Below, in pieces: positions 27,613 through 41,985 of a stretch of 64,000 bases of DNA (within the stretch, counting starts at the first letter, position 1; the number at the start of each line of letters is the position of its first letter). The stretch lies in assembly GCA_024679065.1 (NCBI GenBank), contig JAGIQG010000003.1, forward strand, positions 103,788,001 to 103,852,000, written 5' to 3'. The position numbers and the translations under genes were made by a program. The DNA comes from Sphyrna mokarran. Its lineage: Eukaryota. The notes under the pieces are model-generated. The model was not told the origin of the DNA. It did no database searches and was given only the letters and a program-made list of their open reading frames with translations.

Positions 27613-27874
27613 TGATGTGGAGATGCCGACATTGGACTGGGGTAAACACAGTAGGAAATCTCACAACACCAGGTTGAAGTCCAACAAGTTTATTTGATAG
27701 TAAACCTCAGAACTTAGTAAACCTTCAGAATTTTGATAGTAAAACTCAGAACTTTGATAGTAAACCTTCAGAACTTTCCACTCACTTGATGAAGGAACAG
27801 CGTTCCGAAAGCTTGTGAGTTTACTTTCAAACAAACTTATTGGATTTTAACCTGGTGTTGTGAGACTTCTTACT
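27613..27874. mobile_element. Same Penelope-like family in the opposite orientation, with internal tandem duplications and a near-intact hammerhead motif
   Basis: Arms share TCTCACAACACCAGG...TCCAAC; about 4 copies of (TTTGA)TAGTAAACCTTCAGAAC at about 27693-27775; hammerhead-like 27780-27820. Confidence 0.8.
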
Positions 27875-28860
27875 GATGATAATTTGGACAGGACTTTTGA
27901 TTTGAATTTTGTTTGCTTTCCTTCACCTTCAAGATATGGAGGTACAGTCCTCCCAACCTCAAGTCAACACAGGTTGAACTTCAAACCTGGGTTCATTTTG
28001 ATTTAAATAGCTCAGGAACAAACTCATATGTTAACTGATGCCTTCAAATTTCAATTATCTAATGAATTATATAAACCAGTTTAACTTGAGCACGAGTGTC
28101 TCTTTTTTGCTTTTTGCATTCACCCTGTTGGTAAGTTAATTGTGAACTGCAGTTCCAGACTTTGATGAGTAATGCAGATGGTTAAGTACATCATATAAAG
28201 ATTGCTGATGTAGTAATTGTTCATAGAATATTTTCTGGAGCAAGTTGACAGATAAATGATTAAAGTACAGCTGATGTTCAGCATTAAACACAAGGGCACT
28301 ATATTATTATCGCCATTAAAAATGATTGTCCCAACAATGCTGACATGAATAACTGTGCTTTTGACCAATTAGGTTACTGATTTCATTCAACTCTAAACCA
28401 ACTGAAAATCTAATTGAACATAGCAGAAAAATTAAGGGCTGAGATTTGATGTTTGTTTATCAGATGCTTAAAAAGCTACTATTCAAGCAAGTTATAATTC
28501 TGCTCACTCCAATTAATGTCATTGTAACAGTAGCACCTTCCATTTACCAGTAAGAAAGAAGGCAAGATCCGACCAAAATGTGTGGGTTTTATTGCCATCA
28601 GTGCCCTTACTGAGTTTCAACTTGCAGCCAACTTGGAGACATTGTCGTGATTCACAATCTTGACTGTAGCAGTAAATTGCAATGTTAAAACCACAGTCTG
28701 TGATTTAGACCTAAAATCAATTGGGGATGGTGACACCGATTCTAACAGTGGAAGCCTTTAATTTGATAGTGCCATTTGCTGAACCGTTCTAAAGCTCATA
28801 AAACTGTCAAGCAGCAGACAAAATACTGTCCCTGTCCAGTTGTTAATGGAAACCAATTGA

Positions 28861-29019
<159 letters not shown>

Positions 29020-30960
29020 TAAAGATGGTTTGTTATTGCTGAATACTTTATTTGTCATGTTCCATTTGGGGAATTATTTTACCCTTTTCCTGCATTTAGT
29101 CTGAAGTGGACCTGAGATAGTACTTTCCCATTTTAAAATGACACAAGTAATATGCTAATTAATGGCTGCATACTAGATTTTGAGACTGGCTTAGCAGATT
29201 CAGTGTTACCTGTGACTAAACATATGGAGCTAATAAGTTCTTGTCATCAGAATAATGCGCATCCGTTTTGCAGTTTTAATGTCCGTAATCTGTTATTTCC
29301 TTACTTTCATATACTAACAAAAGAGATTAAATAGTGTTCTCAGTTCTTAATGGGACCGGGGCAGTCCTGCATGCCAAGTCCACTTCTGTGATGTATTGGA
29401 GTCATTGGTGCTGTTCCAATAGCATCAGGAACATTTGCACTAATTTAGTAAGTGTTGTATTTTGCATTTAAATTATTCTCTTTCCTTAGAGACGTATAAG
29501 TGAGCCCAATTTTGCACATATAATTAGTTCTAACTGCTCTATAATCCTACACATTCAAACAATACCATTTGCCATTTTAAATGCAGCATGTTTGATTAAT
29601 AATGCAACACTATTTTCTTCATAAAATCTGATTGTTGTTGCAGATCGAACGGAATTGAGAGCGGCAAACGTCTATCTGTGTTAAAGTTTCTGCCATAAAT
29701 TGAATAGTAAACCTTACTAAAATTCTGAAAATTTCAGGACTTTTTACATAAATTCAAATCTTGAAATCTCATCTTTTCACAAAATTTGGATTCCAGTGCT
29801 TTGCACCTTTAACTGTAGCCAGCCAGGTTTCCGTTGGCTCAAGGAGAAAGCGGTACTTGTGGACAAGAGCAGGAGTACTTCTTCCTAGCTCCCTAAGCTC
29901 CCCCGCTCCATCAGAAACTGTTCTGTGTAAGGCAAACTGTCACTGCCATAGCCCTCCCAACACCACCGCGCCTCCCGTCCCCCAACTTCTCCCAGCAGTC
30001 AGGGATCAGATTCCCACTCAGTTGGGAATCAGACCTCAGTCATGTAGGGATCTGTATCATAACTCCAGTTGCATGTTTGGTGTTAAAACTCCACAGCACG
30101 ATATCTGGGTTTCCTACATGCTAAACGTACCACAATAGCTAGTAAACGTTACTCCTTTGCTAAACAAAAACATGTTCGACATTAACTAATTAAATCAGGA
30201 TTTAGAACTTTTAAACCATTAAAGTTCTCAAAGTTTAAAATTGTGTTAAAATTTATTTCACAGGCAGTTTGAAGGTTATCTGTATTTTAAGAAATTAAAC
30301 AAAACTTCTCTGCTGTCTTGGCTTTTCAGCATCAAACTCCAAATTGTGCATCAGTGCATCTGTTGTGTCATTAAAAATTCCTTGTTGAGGGTTTGAAGGA
30401 CTCATTTTCACTTTTCAATGCATAAACATGCAGACTGTGATTACATGTTGTCTTCTCACTAAAGTTTGTATAATACTGCTGCTAACACAAAAAATGCTCA
30501 AATGTTTTAAATGATCATTTTGATGAATTGAGATTATCGTGCTATTAAAGTAACTTGTTGAATTCCTAAAAGATTCTGAATTAATTTCCTGTTTTAATTT
30601 CTCACAAAAAGCCCAGTTCCTATGCTTTAATGTACTCATTGAGCCATTGGATTTAGGGAGAAAAATCATTGCACTTCTTCCAGTTATGATTGAGCATTTC
30701 CGGTAACTACACATTTTTTGTATTTGTCAAACACGCTAATAAAAGGATGGGGTCAGTGGCAGTGCTTTATTTGGTTAAACTGTAAAGAAACACAATATTT
30801 GCCCCTCGTTAGGACCATCAATTTTGATTACATCCAAAGTACACATCTTTCGTGGGCACCATTGTTAGTTTGGTGATGTCTGGCAGATATAATTCTCCTA
30901 TCTGTTCTGTTTAATATTCATAATATTTCAATTTTAATGTGCCTGCAACTTGTTGATAAA

Positions 30961-31160
30961 GTAAGTAAAATCACCATTGTCCTGGATGACCATAGGCTAC
31001 TCTCTCCTTCAAGGTGATTTAACCTAAGGATCACCACACATCAGGTGAAGGATAAGGTTGAGAAGGTGAACCTTCATGAATAACCTCAACCAGCAGGGGA
31101 ATTGAACCCGATGTTGCTTTGCATCATAAACAAGCCATCCAGCCAACCGAGCTAAACAAT
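30961..31160 (-). mobile_element. tRNA-derived SINE, third family
   Basis: GGGAATTGAACCC (B-box, reverse complement) and AGCCATCCAGCCAACCGAGCTAA (A-box, reverse complement). Confidence 0.65.
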
Positions 31161-31329
31161 CTTCCAACCTGTTAATGGGCAATTACCAGAATTACAATGG
31201 GCTTTTATTTTCTGCATTTCTTTCCCCCTCTTGATATGTTTAGTCATGAGAAATGAGAATTAATTATACTGCACTTACTCAATTGAACATTTTAGGACCA
31301 AAACATGACTGACTTCGAACCATGCTTAG

Positions 31330-31587
<258 letters not shown>

Positions 31588-33229
31588 TAGTACCTGTCAA
31601 CATGTGATTGGAAACAAAATGTATTGCCTTGCTCTTGTAAGAATGATTTTGCTCCCTGGAATACAAAGATCTTCACCAGAACAGTAGACAATAGATTACT
31701 GGATTTTGCACAAAATGTAACATTGCAGAAATGACAACATGTTTTTAAATTGTCTGTGAAATAAGCTGCTTACTAAATTACAAATGCACTCCTCTTATTC
31801 TCATTAAATACTTGAAAGGGAATCCAGTTCGTTCTCTATAAAGTATATTATTTATTTTAACTTCTGTAAAATGTCAGAATTTTCTGACATTCTGTATGTT
31901 CTAATACAGTCTGCTAATGGGAGTGAAATCACTATCTTACCCAAGTGTACAGGCCTTTCTCCATTGTAGTTTTTCTATCATCTGTGCACCTACTGAACCT
32001 TTTTCCTTCCTGAGTGCATATCTACTAGATGAGAGAAAAGGCTTGATATTGTCTGTGCTGTGCAACTGAAGAATAACTATAAACACCCGCTTCATCTTGA
32101 AGGGAATGCAGGACCTGAATTAAGATCTCTGGATGATTCACTTAGTCGTGACTCATCCTGCAGCATTCATTCAACAAATGGCCTAAGTAGCAGTTTATGC
32201 TCGTGTTAGTGATAAAACCTGAGGAACTGGTCCTGCCAAGGAGCATTCTGTAGGCTCACTTTAAAAATTCCTGGGAGATAGGGTGATACAGCATTGCCAA
32301 CATTCTCTCTCAATCCCAACACACATCAAGTGCTGAACTACAGGAGGAGGTTAGGAACCCCACTCTCTGAAATGTGCCAGAAAGTCTCAATAAGGCTGCT
32401 GTGCCTAAAATATTTTTAAAGCATTGAATTGATAATTTTCCCACGTGTTCAGCTTTTTAATCCTGTGTGTTTACCACCACATGTTTCAACACAGTAGGCC
32501 TTTTGGTATATCATTTGGTATATAATTCTTCTTCACATGAGAGTGTCTTTGAATGAAAAATGATTACTTTTCAAATGGTACACTCTGCTATCATGTAATT
32601 TAAGCATTAGGCTGCGGGAGGTGGGAATATGTTTAAGATCCTTTGCGAATGATGGCATGCTCACAGGGAAATTGGCTTTTGACCATATTGACCAACAGTT
32701 GGAGTTCAATTTGTGCAGGCAGAATGGTTTATTTTTGAATAGATTGGACTTGATAGTCCTTCTATTCTACTCAAGGCACGTACCAGAGGCAGTTCACCAG
32801 AGATTCCTTATTTTTGGAAATGGTCATTTGCTATAAACATGCATTAGAGCATTGGGGGAAAGAGACCAAACTCTGTAATGAAGTAGAAATCCCATTCTTG
32901 CAGGCATTTTCGATGTGCCATTTTCACACCCATTTATTTACTAAATCTCATTATCTCAGTATATGCACGCATAGCAATTTCTATCTGAAAAGTTACAGCA
33001 AGTTGGAAGCCCTCTATATTTGTATCGGTACATGTTGACCTCATGTACCTCACATAAGTGGTCATTATTTATGGATGGATTTGGATAGTTGTTGTGGTGA
33101 GGATATTTGACAATAAGTAACACCAAAATTACTTATGTTCTCATCTACCAATTTTCAGCAACTTCTACAGGTTTGCAACCTCAACGAACTATACGTCGTT
33201 GAGCTCAGATTCCAATCCCATTTCTTCTG

Positions 33230-33560
33230 CATCACCAAGACAACCTCCTTCCATTTTCTAACATTGTCATCTCCATCTCAGCCCAACCATTAATGAAACC
33301 CACACCCGTGCTCTTGGGTTTTCCAAGCTCCGCTACTCTGATGGCCAGCATCCCATCTTTCACCCTTCCTAAACTCCAATTCATCCAACTCCCTGCAGCC
33401 TCTATCCAAACTCGCATGAGGACACATTGATCTGACATTCCTGTGCTTGTTAAGGTGCGCTGGCTCCCAGTCTGGCACTATTTCCAAGTTAAAATTCTCA
33501 TCTTTATGTCCAAGATCTGTCCATGATATCATTCCTTATTATCCTTGTAATTTTCTTAAA
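33230..33560 (+). mobile_element. L2-type LINE C-terminal fragment; probable tail at 34370-34548 beyond an intervening insertion
   Basis: Remnants of KLQFIQ, WLPV and FKILI; tail GACGTTTTACTATGTTA..TAAATATGTGTTGTTG. Confidence 0.55.
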
Positions 33561-35002
33561 GTCTTCAACCCTCTATGTGCCTTCAAATTTGTCAGTTGGT
33601 AATATTCTTCATTTCCTTTGTTTTTTTTTAAGAGATTATGACCTCAGGGGCTGTATTTTCAATCTTCTTGGAGTGGGCTAGGCACATATAAATTATGAGC
33701 AACATTCCAGAATGACATGTCAGTCTGCTGTCACCTCTGTGACACTTTAAGATTTTTTAAAGAGGAAATGAGTGGAGGACTCAGACATTTCCAATTAATT
33801 TGCTGTTGAGCTCACTGTGAGCTTGTTAACAAGCTGGAGAGGGACAGAATCAAATTTTCAAAAGTTACAATAGGAAGAATGGAGGGTTTGCAGCAAATTA
33901 GTGCACAGATGTCAGGAGGACAGCAGAGCCATTGTTTATTGTGGCTGCTGATTTAACATCTTGTAAAAACATATAAGGGTTGTCAAACTGCAGTGCTCCT
34001 GGTGTTGCACAAAGCTGTCATCCCTTGACCAGAGTGGGTTAAATTCCTGAGGCAAGTGTATTTAGACATTGTGTGGACCATGAGGCTGTTGACCCTCTTG
34101 TCTCCTGCTTGCTCCTTCCCTTTGGGCAATGGCAAACCTAGTCATAGCTGTCATCTAACATTGCAACTTACCTCCAGAACTAGTTCTTGCCTCCAGGACT
34201 CAGCTAATTGGGTACTAAACATGCTTCCTGTCTAGTTCAAACCTTTGGAGTGACATTGATGCATCACAAGTTCAGGACCCAGAGATGATTGGGCTTCAAA
34301 TACCCGGCCCCAGATTGACAACCCAACCACTGCTGTCTAGGCCCTGATTCGAGAATCTCCTCCCAAAACATCTCCATCTCACTATCTCTGTCGACCCCTA
34401 TGGACGTCTCTTTAATAAAGCTTTTAGTCATCTTTCCTCATATGCCATTAAGTAGTTCTGTGCCAGATTTTATGTGAAAACTCTTCTGGCACTTCAGGAC
34501 GTTTTACTATGTTATAAGCATTATGTAAATATGTGTTGTTGATTATTGCCAGGATGATTTTTGTTTGGTTAATTCAAGAAACTGAGGCTAATCATAATGC
34601 CTCTGTTTGTGTTGTGGATGAGATTAGTTTACTCAGCTTAGGTTGAGAAACCTCGCTGAATGAATTCATGAAGCTTTCCAGAAGATGCAAGCTGACTGCT
34701 GGCAGTGAAGGGTTAAATTGTATTGTGTGCCATCTCTCTGCTAACAAAATGAAGAGCAATTCTCTTATTGCCAGTAATTTTTGTTTCAAATACATGAGCT
34801 ATTTTGTCATTCTTGTGACAATTTCTGGGATTATGGTTCAGCAGGTAATGCAACATTTCCAAGGTACCATAATTCAGAGTGAATTTAGGGAGTGAGTTGG
34901 TTCTGAGTGACTGTGCAGGACATCACACCATAAATTAATCACGTTGTGATCCAGATTTTTCAGATAGGATTTTCCCAACGGATTTGATTGGCTGCATGTC
35001 AG

Positions 35003-35280
35003 AATTAGAACATAGAATATACAGCACAGGAATAGACCCTTCAGCCCGTCATGTTGTGCTGAACGTGACATTAAATTAAACTAATCCCTTCTGCCTGCCC
35101 TTGGTCTGTGTCCTTTCACTCCTTGCATATTCATATGCTTATTTAAAAGCCCCAAACATATCTGCCTGCACCACCACCTTTGGCTGCACTTTCGAGACAC
35201 TGACCATTCTCTAACGTGCCCCTCACATCTCCTTTAAACTTTCTGCCTCTCACCTTCAGTGCATGTCCCCTAGTTTAGAT
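35003..35280 (-). mobile_element. CR1 LINE 3' end
   Basis: AGAACATAGAATATACAGCACAGGAATAGACCCTTCAGCCC tail repeat. Confidence 0.75.
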
Positions 35281-35403
35281 TAGGTACATGCCCGCTAATA
35301 GGAAATTTCGGATGGTTTTCAGCAACATTCCTCCCACCTTTCTCTGTTGCAACTGATTCTCACAGTGCAAACAAGACCCCAGTTAATGTTGGTTAAGAAT
35401 TAG

Positions 35404-35787
<384 letters not shown>

Positions 35788-37556
35788 TAATATTTCTAAA
35801 AACACGTGGACACAAAACAACAGATTTCAAGGTGCAAAACCTATGATACAGTAGATGTATTTGCCAGTAAGCAAAATTATTAGAGATAGCATATTTCTCT
35901 GAACTAGTTAAATAATTAAAATAGTTAAAAAGAACACTTAAATAGTTAATCCACTACCATGTAATTTTACATTGTTATTCAGATGAGCTGTGTTTGTATA
36001 AGAATAGTTTGATGGCAGTCCACTTTTCTAATGATTTGTCTTCTGTATTAAGATTACAAGGGTAATTGAATATGATGTCCTATTGCAGAAACACTAAACT
36101 AATCTTGTTTCCAAACAATAGATTATTTGCATCTATAGGATAATTTGATTGTGTGTGGATTTATTATGGTCATTGGACTTCCCTAAAACCCTGCATGAAA
36201 TGTCTGCTTTCTGCTTTGCCTTGCTACTTGTGTGGTTCATCTTAACTGGGCAATTCTTTGGATTACAATGAGTATGCTTTCTTTGCTAATGATTAAATGT
36301 AGCTGATTCAAGCCTGGCTTTTAATTACTTTTTTTTAAGTTTGAGATTACATAAGAATCTACACAATTTACTTGCTGTTACGTTCTGCAGCTCACGGTTT
36401 TAATGGTGATTTCTGTTCTCCCCCCCCCGCCCCCCGAGTATCAAAGCTGTAGCATAGAAACTAATGTCTTGGTTCCAAATGGATTTCATTGGGTTTGAGG
36501 TTTGCTTGCCTTTCTGCAATGAGAAAGAACAGAACATTGGCAAAGTGCTAAATTTAAACACAATTGCGCACAATAGAACTCCTAAACTTGGCCCAATCGA
36601 TACAGGAAGCAAACACCAGAAACTGGGATGCTAACCGCAACTGGTGTTGATTTGCATTTGGATGTTACATTAGAGTTTTGACATCCTGAAGGAATGAGGC
36701 CATACCAAGGTTTCTCCTCTGACCTTTGGAGGTTTTACAGCACCTCATCCCAAGCTGGTTGTGTTTTCATGTGCATGCATGCTGATACACAGTTAGTTCC
36801 CTGTTGTGTTAATTAATCTGAATGAAAGTACAGATGTCTGAACGTGCACAGTTAAAAATCCACGTTCCATCATTCACAGGAGCTTCATTCAAGGCTTCAG
36901 ATTTAAGGGTATGAATCAAATTTCCACTTTCCCGATTAAACAAACAAGTATTTTTGCATTTGTGACCAACATTTCGGTCTACATAAATACACTGTTAACT
37001 GAATTGAAGGTCTTGGAAAATATATTATTCTAATTGTCCTTTTATTGCCCATACCACTCAAAGCTTAAAATATTACGCATTGACTTGCATAAATATTTTC
37101 CGATTTGCAATTCATCTTTTTGAAATCTGGGAGGACTAAATATCACTGAGATGTAATACATTTCAGCAAAGTGTCTGCTTCTTGCAGTAAGTGTTGCCAC
37201 GTTCCATTGGCATTTCCACATTAGAGTCCTGTCCCAATTGTCCATTGGCATATTGCAGTTGAATTATTTTGTTAAAGAAGGAAATAGCCATGGACTTAAC
37301 TGGTAGGAACTTTGTGCGCCCCCTGAAATCTGTGTGATATTTGTTGGGCATTATATTTGACTATTGACAGCTACGTATGTTTTACAAGAAGCTGAAGAGG
37401 GAATTGCGTATTACCACTTCACAACTGCATGAAGTAGAACTGATTGCCAATGTTTTGATCATCAACCATGGGATGTAATGCATTCCATCATTAATTTTGC
37501 TTGGTGGCACAGTGAATTAACCCCTGACCTTCTGTCTCCCTGTCCTCCTTTCCTAA

Positions 37557-37835
<279 letters not shown>

Positions 37836-38461
37836 TGAAATAAGTTTGGCTGCATGTTGCTAATTTCTATTCTGACTCAAATAATTCTCTTGCTTTAATT
37901 GTGGTGTTTTTATTTTTATGATCACCTTAGCTTCATTGCATTGAAATTGTTGATTTATAGAATGTAAACGAGAAGTCCCACAAGTTCTGACCACACAGTT
38001 TAGTACAATACATTTGTTAATAATTTGGCACTCCCAGCATGGAGCTTTGTATGCCTAGAAAGCCCATAGGGAACTGGGATCTTGTAGTTCGTGCAATTTT
38101 CTGTCCATAGTTTCCTACTTGGAATTTTATTGTCGTACGTTGTAAAGTTTTCCTAATTAATCCTTGCTCAAGGCCACTCCTTTTAGGTCAATTTACTTTT
38201 TATTACCAAGACCTTTACTGATGTGTTCGGGGTCACATTTGCTGGTTCAGCTAATTTACGATTCAACTCAGTGATTTATGGTGGCTGAGCAAGTCAAATT
38301 TTGTTTTTACTATGCGGCATTTCAGCATTTTTACTTTTTTTTAAATAAAACCCATATTCCTTTTCAATAGAAACACCTTATGTTGGTGCAGCATAAACAC
38401 AGGAATATATAGATAACTGACTGCTACATCATCGTTCTGCAGAACATTTTTTTATTACAAG

Positions 38462-38990
38462 CAAGTTATTGTGGATGCTGGAATCTGAAACCAAAAGAGA
38501 AAAAATGCTGGAAAATCTCAGCAGATCTGGCAGCATCTGTAAGGACAGAAAAGAGCTGATGTTTGGAGTCCAGATGACCCTTTGTCAAAGCTAAAAGGCA
38601 CAGAAAATGGGAGGTGTTGATACTGTGGGGCGAGGGAATGAAAGATGAGTTATTGCCACAAAAACAAGGGGAAAAGCTTCTGGTCTTTTTTCCCCCTTTG
38701 CTCCCCTTTTCCCTTCTGCTCCCCTTTCCCCCTTTTGCTCAATTTTGCTTCTCTCCCACCTATCTTTTCCTTCCCCTAATTCTTCTGTCACAGTTTACCC
38801 TCTGATTTCAGTTTCTCTGCCACTCACACTTTCTATTCTCTCTATGGACTGCCATTAGCATCTCTTAGCTTTTCCCCTTGTTTTTGTGGCTATGACTCAT
38901 CTTTCATTCTCTCATCCCACCATATAAATATGTCCAACTTTTTATACCTTTTAGCTTTGACAAAGGGTCACCTGTACTCAAAATGTCAAA
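38462..38990. mobile_element. Second palindromic Penelope-like family, inverted arms of about 120 bp around a pyrimidine-rich spacer
   Basis: Arms at about 38557-38678 and 38867-38988 are reverse complements; each carries TTTGACAAAGGGTCA; tail-like GATGCTGGAATCTGAAA...CAGCATCTGT on the left. Confidence 0.75.
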
Positions 38991-39224
38991 CGTTCTTTAT
39001 TCCCAGTTAGGTTAAGCTGAATTGCTTTCAATTTATTGTCATGCTTAAGAATTAAAAGTTAGTTGTAATAATTTAAAAGATGCATTTCACAAAATTATTA
39101 GGTATCTCAAGATTTTTTTAGTGTACGTGAAGCTGTATTTCTGATTCTTGTGAAATGGTAACAATGAAGAAATGTTTAGTTTTGGACTTTTGAACTAATC
39201 TTCTGCATGAGTATTGTCACCTTA

Positions 39225-39580
39225 TATCTGTTTGGATGAGAGAATGTTTCCTTTCATGAAGGGATCTGGAACCCAGGCATGCAGTTTCAAAATAAAAGAT
39301 CTCCCATTTAAGTTGAATTTGAGAAGCAATTTCTCCTCTCGCATTATCGTCATTGTTAGTCTTTGGAATTCTATTGCAGAAAGCAGTGACGGCTGGACTA
39401 TTGAATATATTCAAAGTTCAGTTAGATAGATTTTTGATCAACAAGAGGTTTGGAGGACAAGCAGGGAAGCGGAATTATTGCCACAGTAGAATCAGCCATG
39501 ATCCTATTGAATGGTGGAGCAGGTTCAAGCAACTGAATAACCTACTCCTGATCCTATTTCTTATCTTCCGTTATGTTCTT
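39225..39580 (+). mobile_element. CR1 LINE 3' end, finishing about 65 bp upstream of a MAGI1 acceptor
   Basis: SLWNS remnant, ATCAGCCATGATCCTATTGAATGGTGGAGCAGG tail. Confidence 0.8.
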
Positions 39581-39645
39581 GGATACAAAATACTAAAACG
39601 GTCATGGAAGCATCTTATGATAAGTTTCTTTATTTTTCTTTTTAG

Positions 39646-39736
39646 AATCTTCCAATCCATCCTTGCTAACAAATGCAGAAAAGATTGCAACAATTACAAC
39701 CACTCATAACCCTCAGCAGCCACCACAGGATGGGCG
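39646..39736 (+). CDS. MAGI1: MAGI1 exon, PDZ4-PDZ5 linker (ESSNPSLLTNAEKIATITTTHNPQQPPQDGR)
   Basis: Acceptor ttctttttag|, donor |gtaagt; 91 nt, phase 1 to 2. Confidence 0.96.
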
Positions 39737-41026
39737 GTAAGTTAGGGCCTTATAATCCTGTGATTTCTATGCTATAGATATCCTTGGAAGCACTTAATCT
39801 GTTTCAGGGTTAGGGAAGAGAAAAATCAGTGCAGTTCCAACGTGTTATTATCTTTCCAAAGATCTTTTGTATGAACATGAATGTGAACATGATTGCCACT
39901 AATTGCTGTTCCTCTAGCCCCTGATCTGAATTGAGAGTATAAAAGGGATGATCTGTTTTATTACAATTAACTGCAAGATGAATTACACCAGTGATCAATC
40001 AGGACAGGCATGCCAGCCATCAGGCAACATCTATGTTTGTTCATGAAGAATGGATGTTGTAGTGAATTACTACAGGGCTACCAACAATCTCAGAGCTGAA
40101 CTCCAACCCTAATCATTACATTCTGCAGAGAAGGATAGAGAGCAGTGGGGGAAGGCTGGTGGGAAAGAATAAACTGGAGCAAAATCATTCTGCAGTCAGC
40201 AGAAAAGTGATGACCTTGCACAAAGCTGCTCATCAAGAGCTCACAGTCGCTGTGACAAAGTCTTCCTCTTTCCTGACATTAAGTTGAATTTGGTACTAAA
40301 TTAAGAGATCTCTAGCCATTCCACAGCAGTGCTGTTATCAAGCAGGATAAGCAGCAAATCACATTGAAGAATTCCAACAGACAGCAAACCAAGAAGCTCA
40401 GATTGTCTTTCACCTTTAATGTATTTTGTAGGGAATGAAATATAATTTGGGCAGACACATCAAACGCTAAAGTACCATCATATTTATTTAAGAGTTTTTG
40501 TTCTTCGAAAATTAAGGAATTTTTATCATAATGGAAAAGTTTGATTTTATACAATTATAAATTTATTTTCAATGCCAACAAGAGTCTTCAGTGGTAATTA
40601 TGACTTGATGCATATTTAAAAATCCAGTTCATTCCAGTAATAAGGCTTTTTTGTGGGAGGAAGGGGGGGCTTTGCAGGAGGAGTTAAGTTTAAGAGCAAT
40701 ATTACACTATAAACCAGGAGATTTTCATCAGCTTGGTAATTTCTAAATGATTGCCATCTGTAGGAATTTCAGCACACTGTGAAGGAGGAGCAAATTACTG
40801 GCAACAATATCAAGTTCTCCACATTTAACTGTACCTGACAGTGAATACAGAACATTTTGCCACCTGTAAAAAGAAAAAAATCCAAGCTATTGTTGGAATG
40901 CCTATGAATTGACAGTTGATTCTGCATGATTCTATAAAATTATTATTTGGTTACTCGTCTAAGCTGCATTAATAAATGACTTGAAAATCTCAGAACTTAT
41001 TTGTACTTTTTTCATTTTGTTTGAAG

Positions 41027-41078
41027 GAATAACGCAAAACCAAAGCCAGATGTATCGTATGATTATAAGTCAGCTCAG
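41027..41078 (+). CDS. MAGI1: MAGI1 exon, linker (RNNAKPKPDVSYDYKSAQ)
   Basis: Acceptor tgtttgaag|, donor cag|gtaagt; 52 nt, phase 2 to 0, bridges the flanking exons exactly. Confidence 0.9.
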
Positions 41079-41419
41079 GTAAGTGACAGTTGTGTGTTTA
41101 ATTACTGGAAATAAATGCAGTGCTTAATGTAATGCCATTAGATTAAGACCATTTACAAGCTTGGAATACCTCTTACAATATGTTCAGTGCTATTATCCTA
41201 AATGTAGTACATATGGTGATCAGTGAAAGTGAGAGAAATTGCTAATTTAAAATGTTCTCGTGTAATTTTATTGTCATCCACGCACTGTTTCATCAGCAGA
41301 GAGGCTACTTGGCCATGTCACTTTGAACCAACGACTAGAAAACACTGAAATGGGCTAAGATCATTTGTTTTCTGTGGTGTTTCCTCCATCTTCACAGCGC
41401 TGAACAGATCTGTGCCACT

Positions 41420-41985
41420 GTTTATGTTCTACATGACCCTTTTTCCATTGTACTTCATTTAACCAGTCTGTGGATCTTTATATTCCTCTCTCCTTACTCG
41501 CCTAGCTAGGTATCAGTCTGATCTATCCATCTAAATATTTACCTGACATCCTTTTAGACGTATGCGTAATAATTGCCTCAAACAGCCCGTGTGATGGTAA
41601 GTTCTACATTCACCATTCTGAGTGAATAATTTTCTCCTGAATTGCTTGTGGGATTTGCCTTGTTGATCTTCTTCACAATTTTAAAGATCTGTTTCAGTCT
41701 TTGTTTTTCTGGAGAAAAGAAGCACTGTCTGCTCAGCCCATCTTGATAGTTCCTAATATTAATGAACCACTCACCCGATGAAGGAGCAGTGCTTTGAAAA
41801 CTCATGATTCCAAATAAACCAATTGGACTTTAACCTGGTATTATGAGACATTTCATTAAAGAAAATTACAGCTCTAGAACAGCCCTTTGGCCCTGCAAGC
41901 CTGCACCAACCATGCTACCCATCTGAACAAAAACCCCCCACCCTTCTGGGAATCATATCCCTCTATTCCCATCCTATTCATGTAA
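41420..41985 (-). mobile_element. Degraded CR1 fragments flanking the Penelope-like arm
   Basis: TTTTTCTGGAGAAAAGA; AACAGCCCTTTGGCCCTGCAAGCCTGCACC tail similar to 3025-3318. Confidence 0.6.
41767..41852 (+). mobile_element. Single-arm fragment of the same Penelope-like family
   Basis: CCACTCACCCGATGAAGGAGCAGTGCTTTGAAAACTC...AAATAAACCAATTGGACTTTAACCTGG. Confidence 0.75.

Noticed and set aside
27693-27775. Short direct repeats resembling a CRISPR array
   Set aside because: Eukaryotic intron, no unique spacers; a local tandem amplification inside a retroelement.
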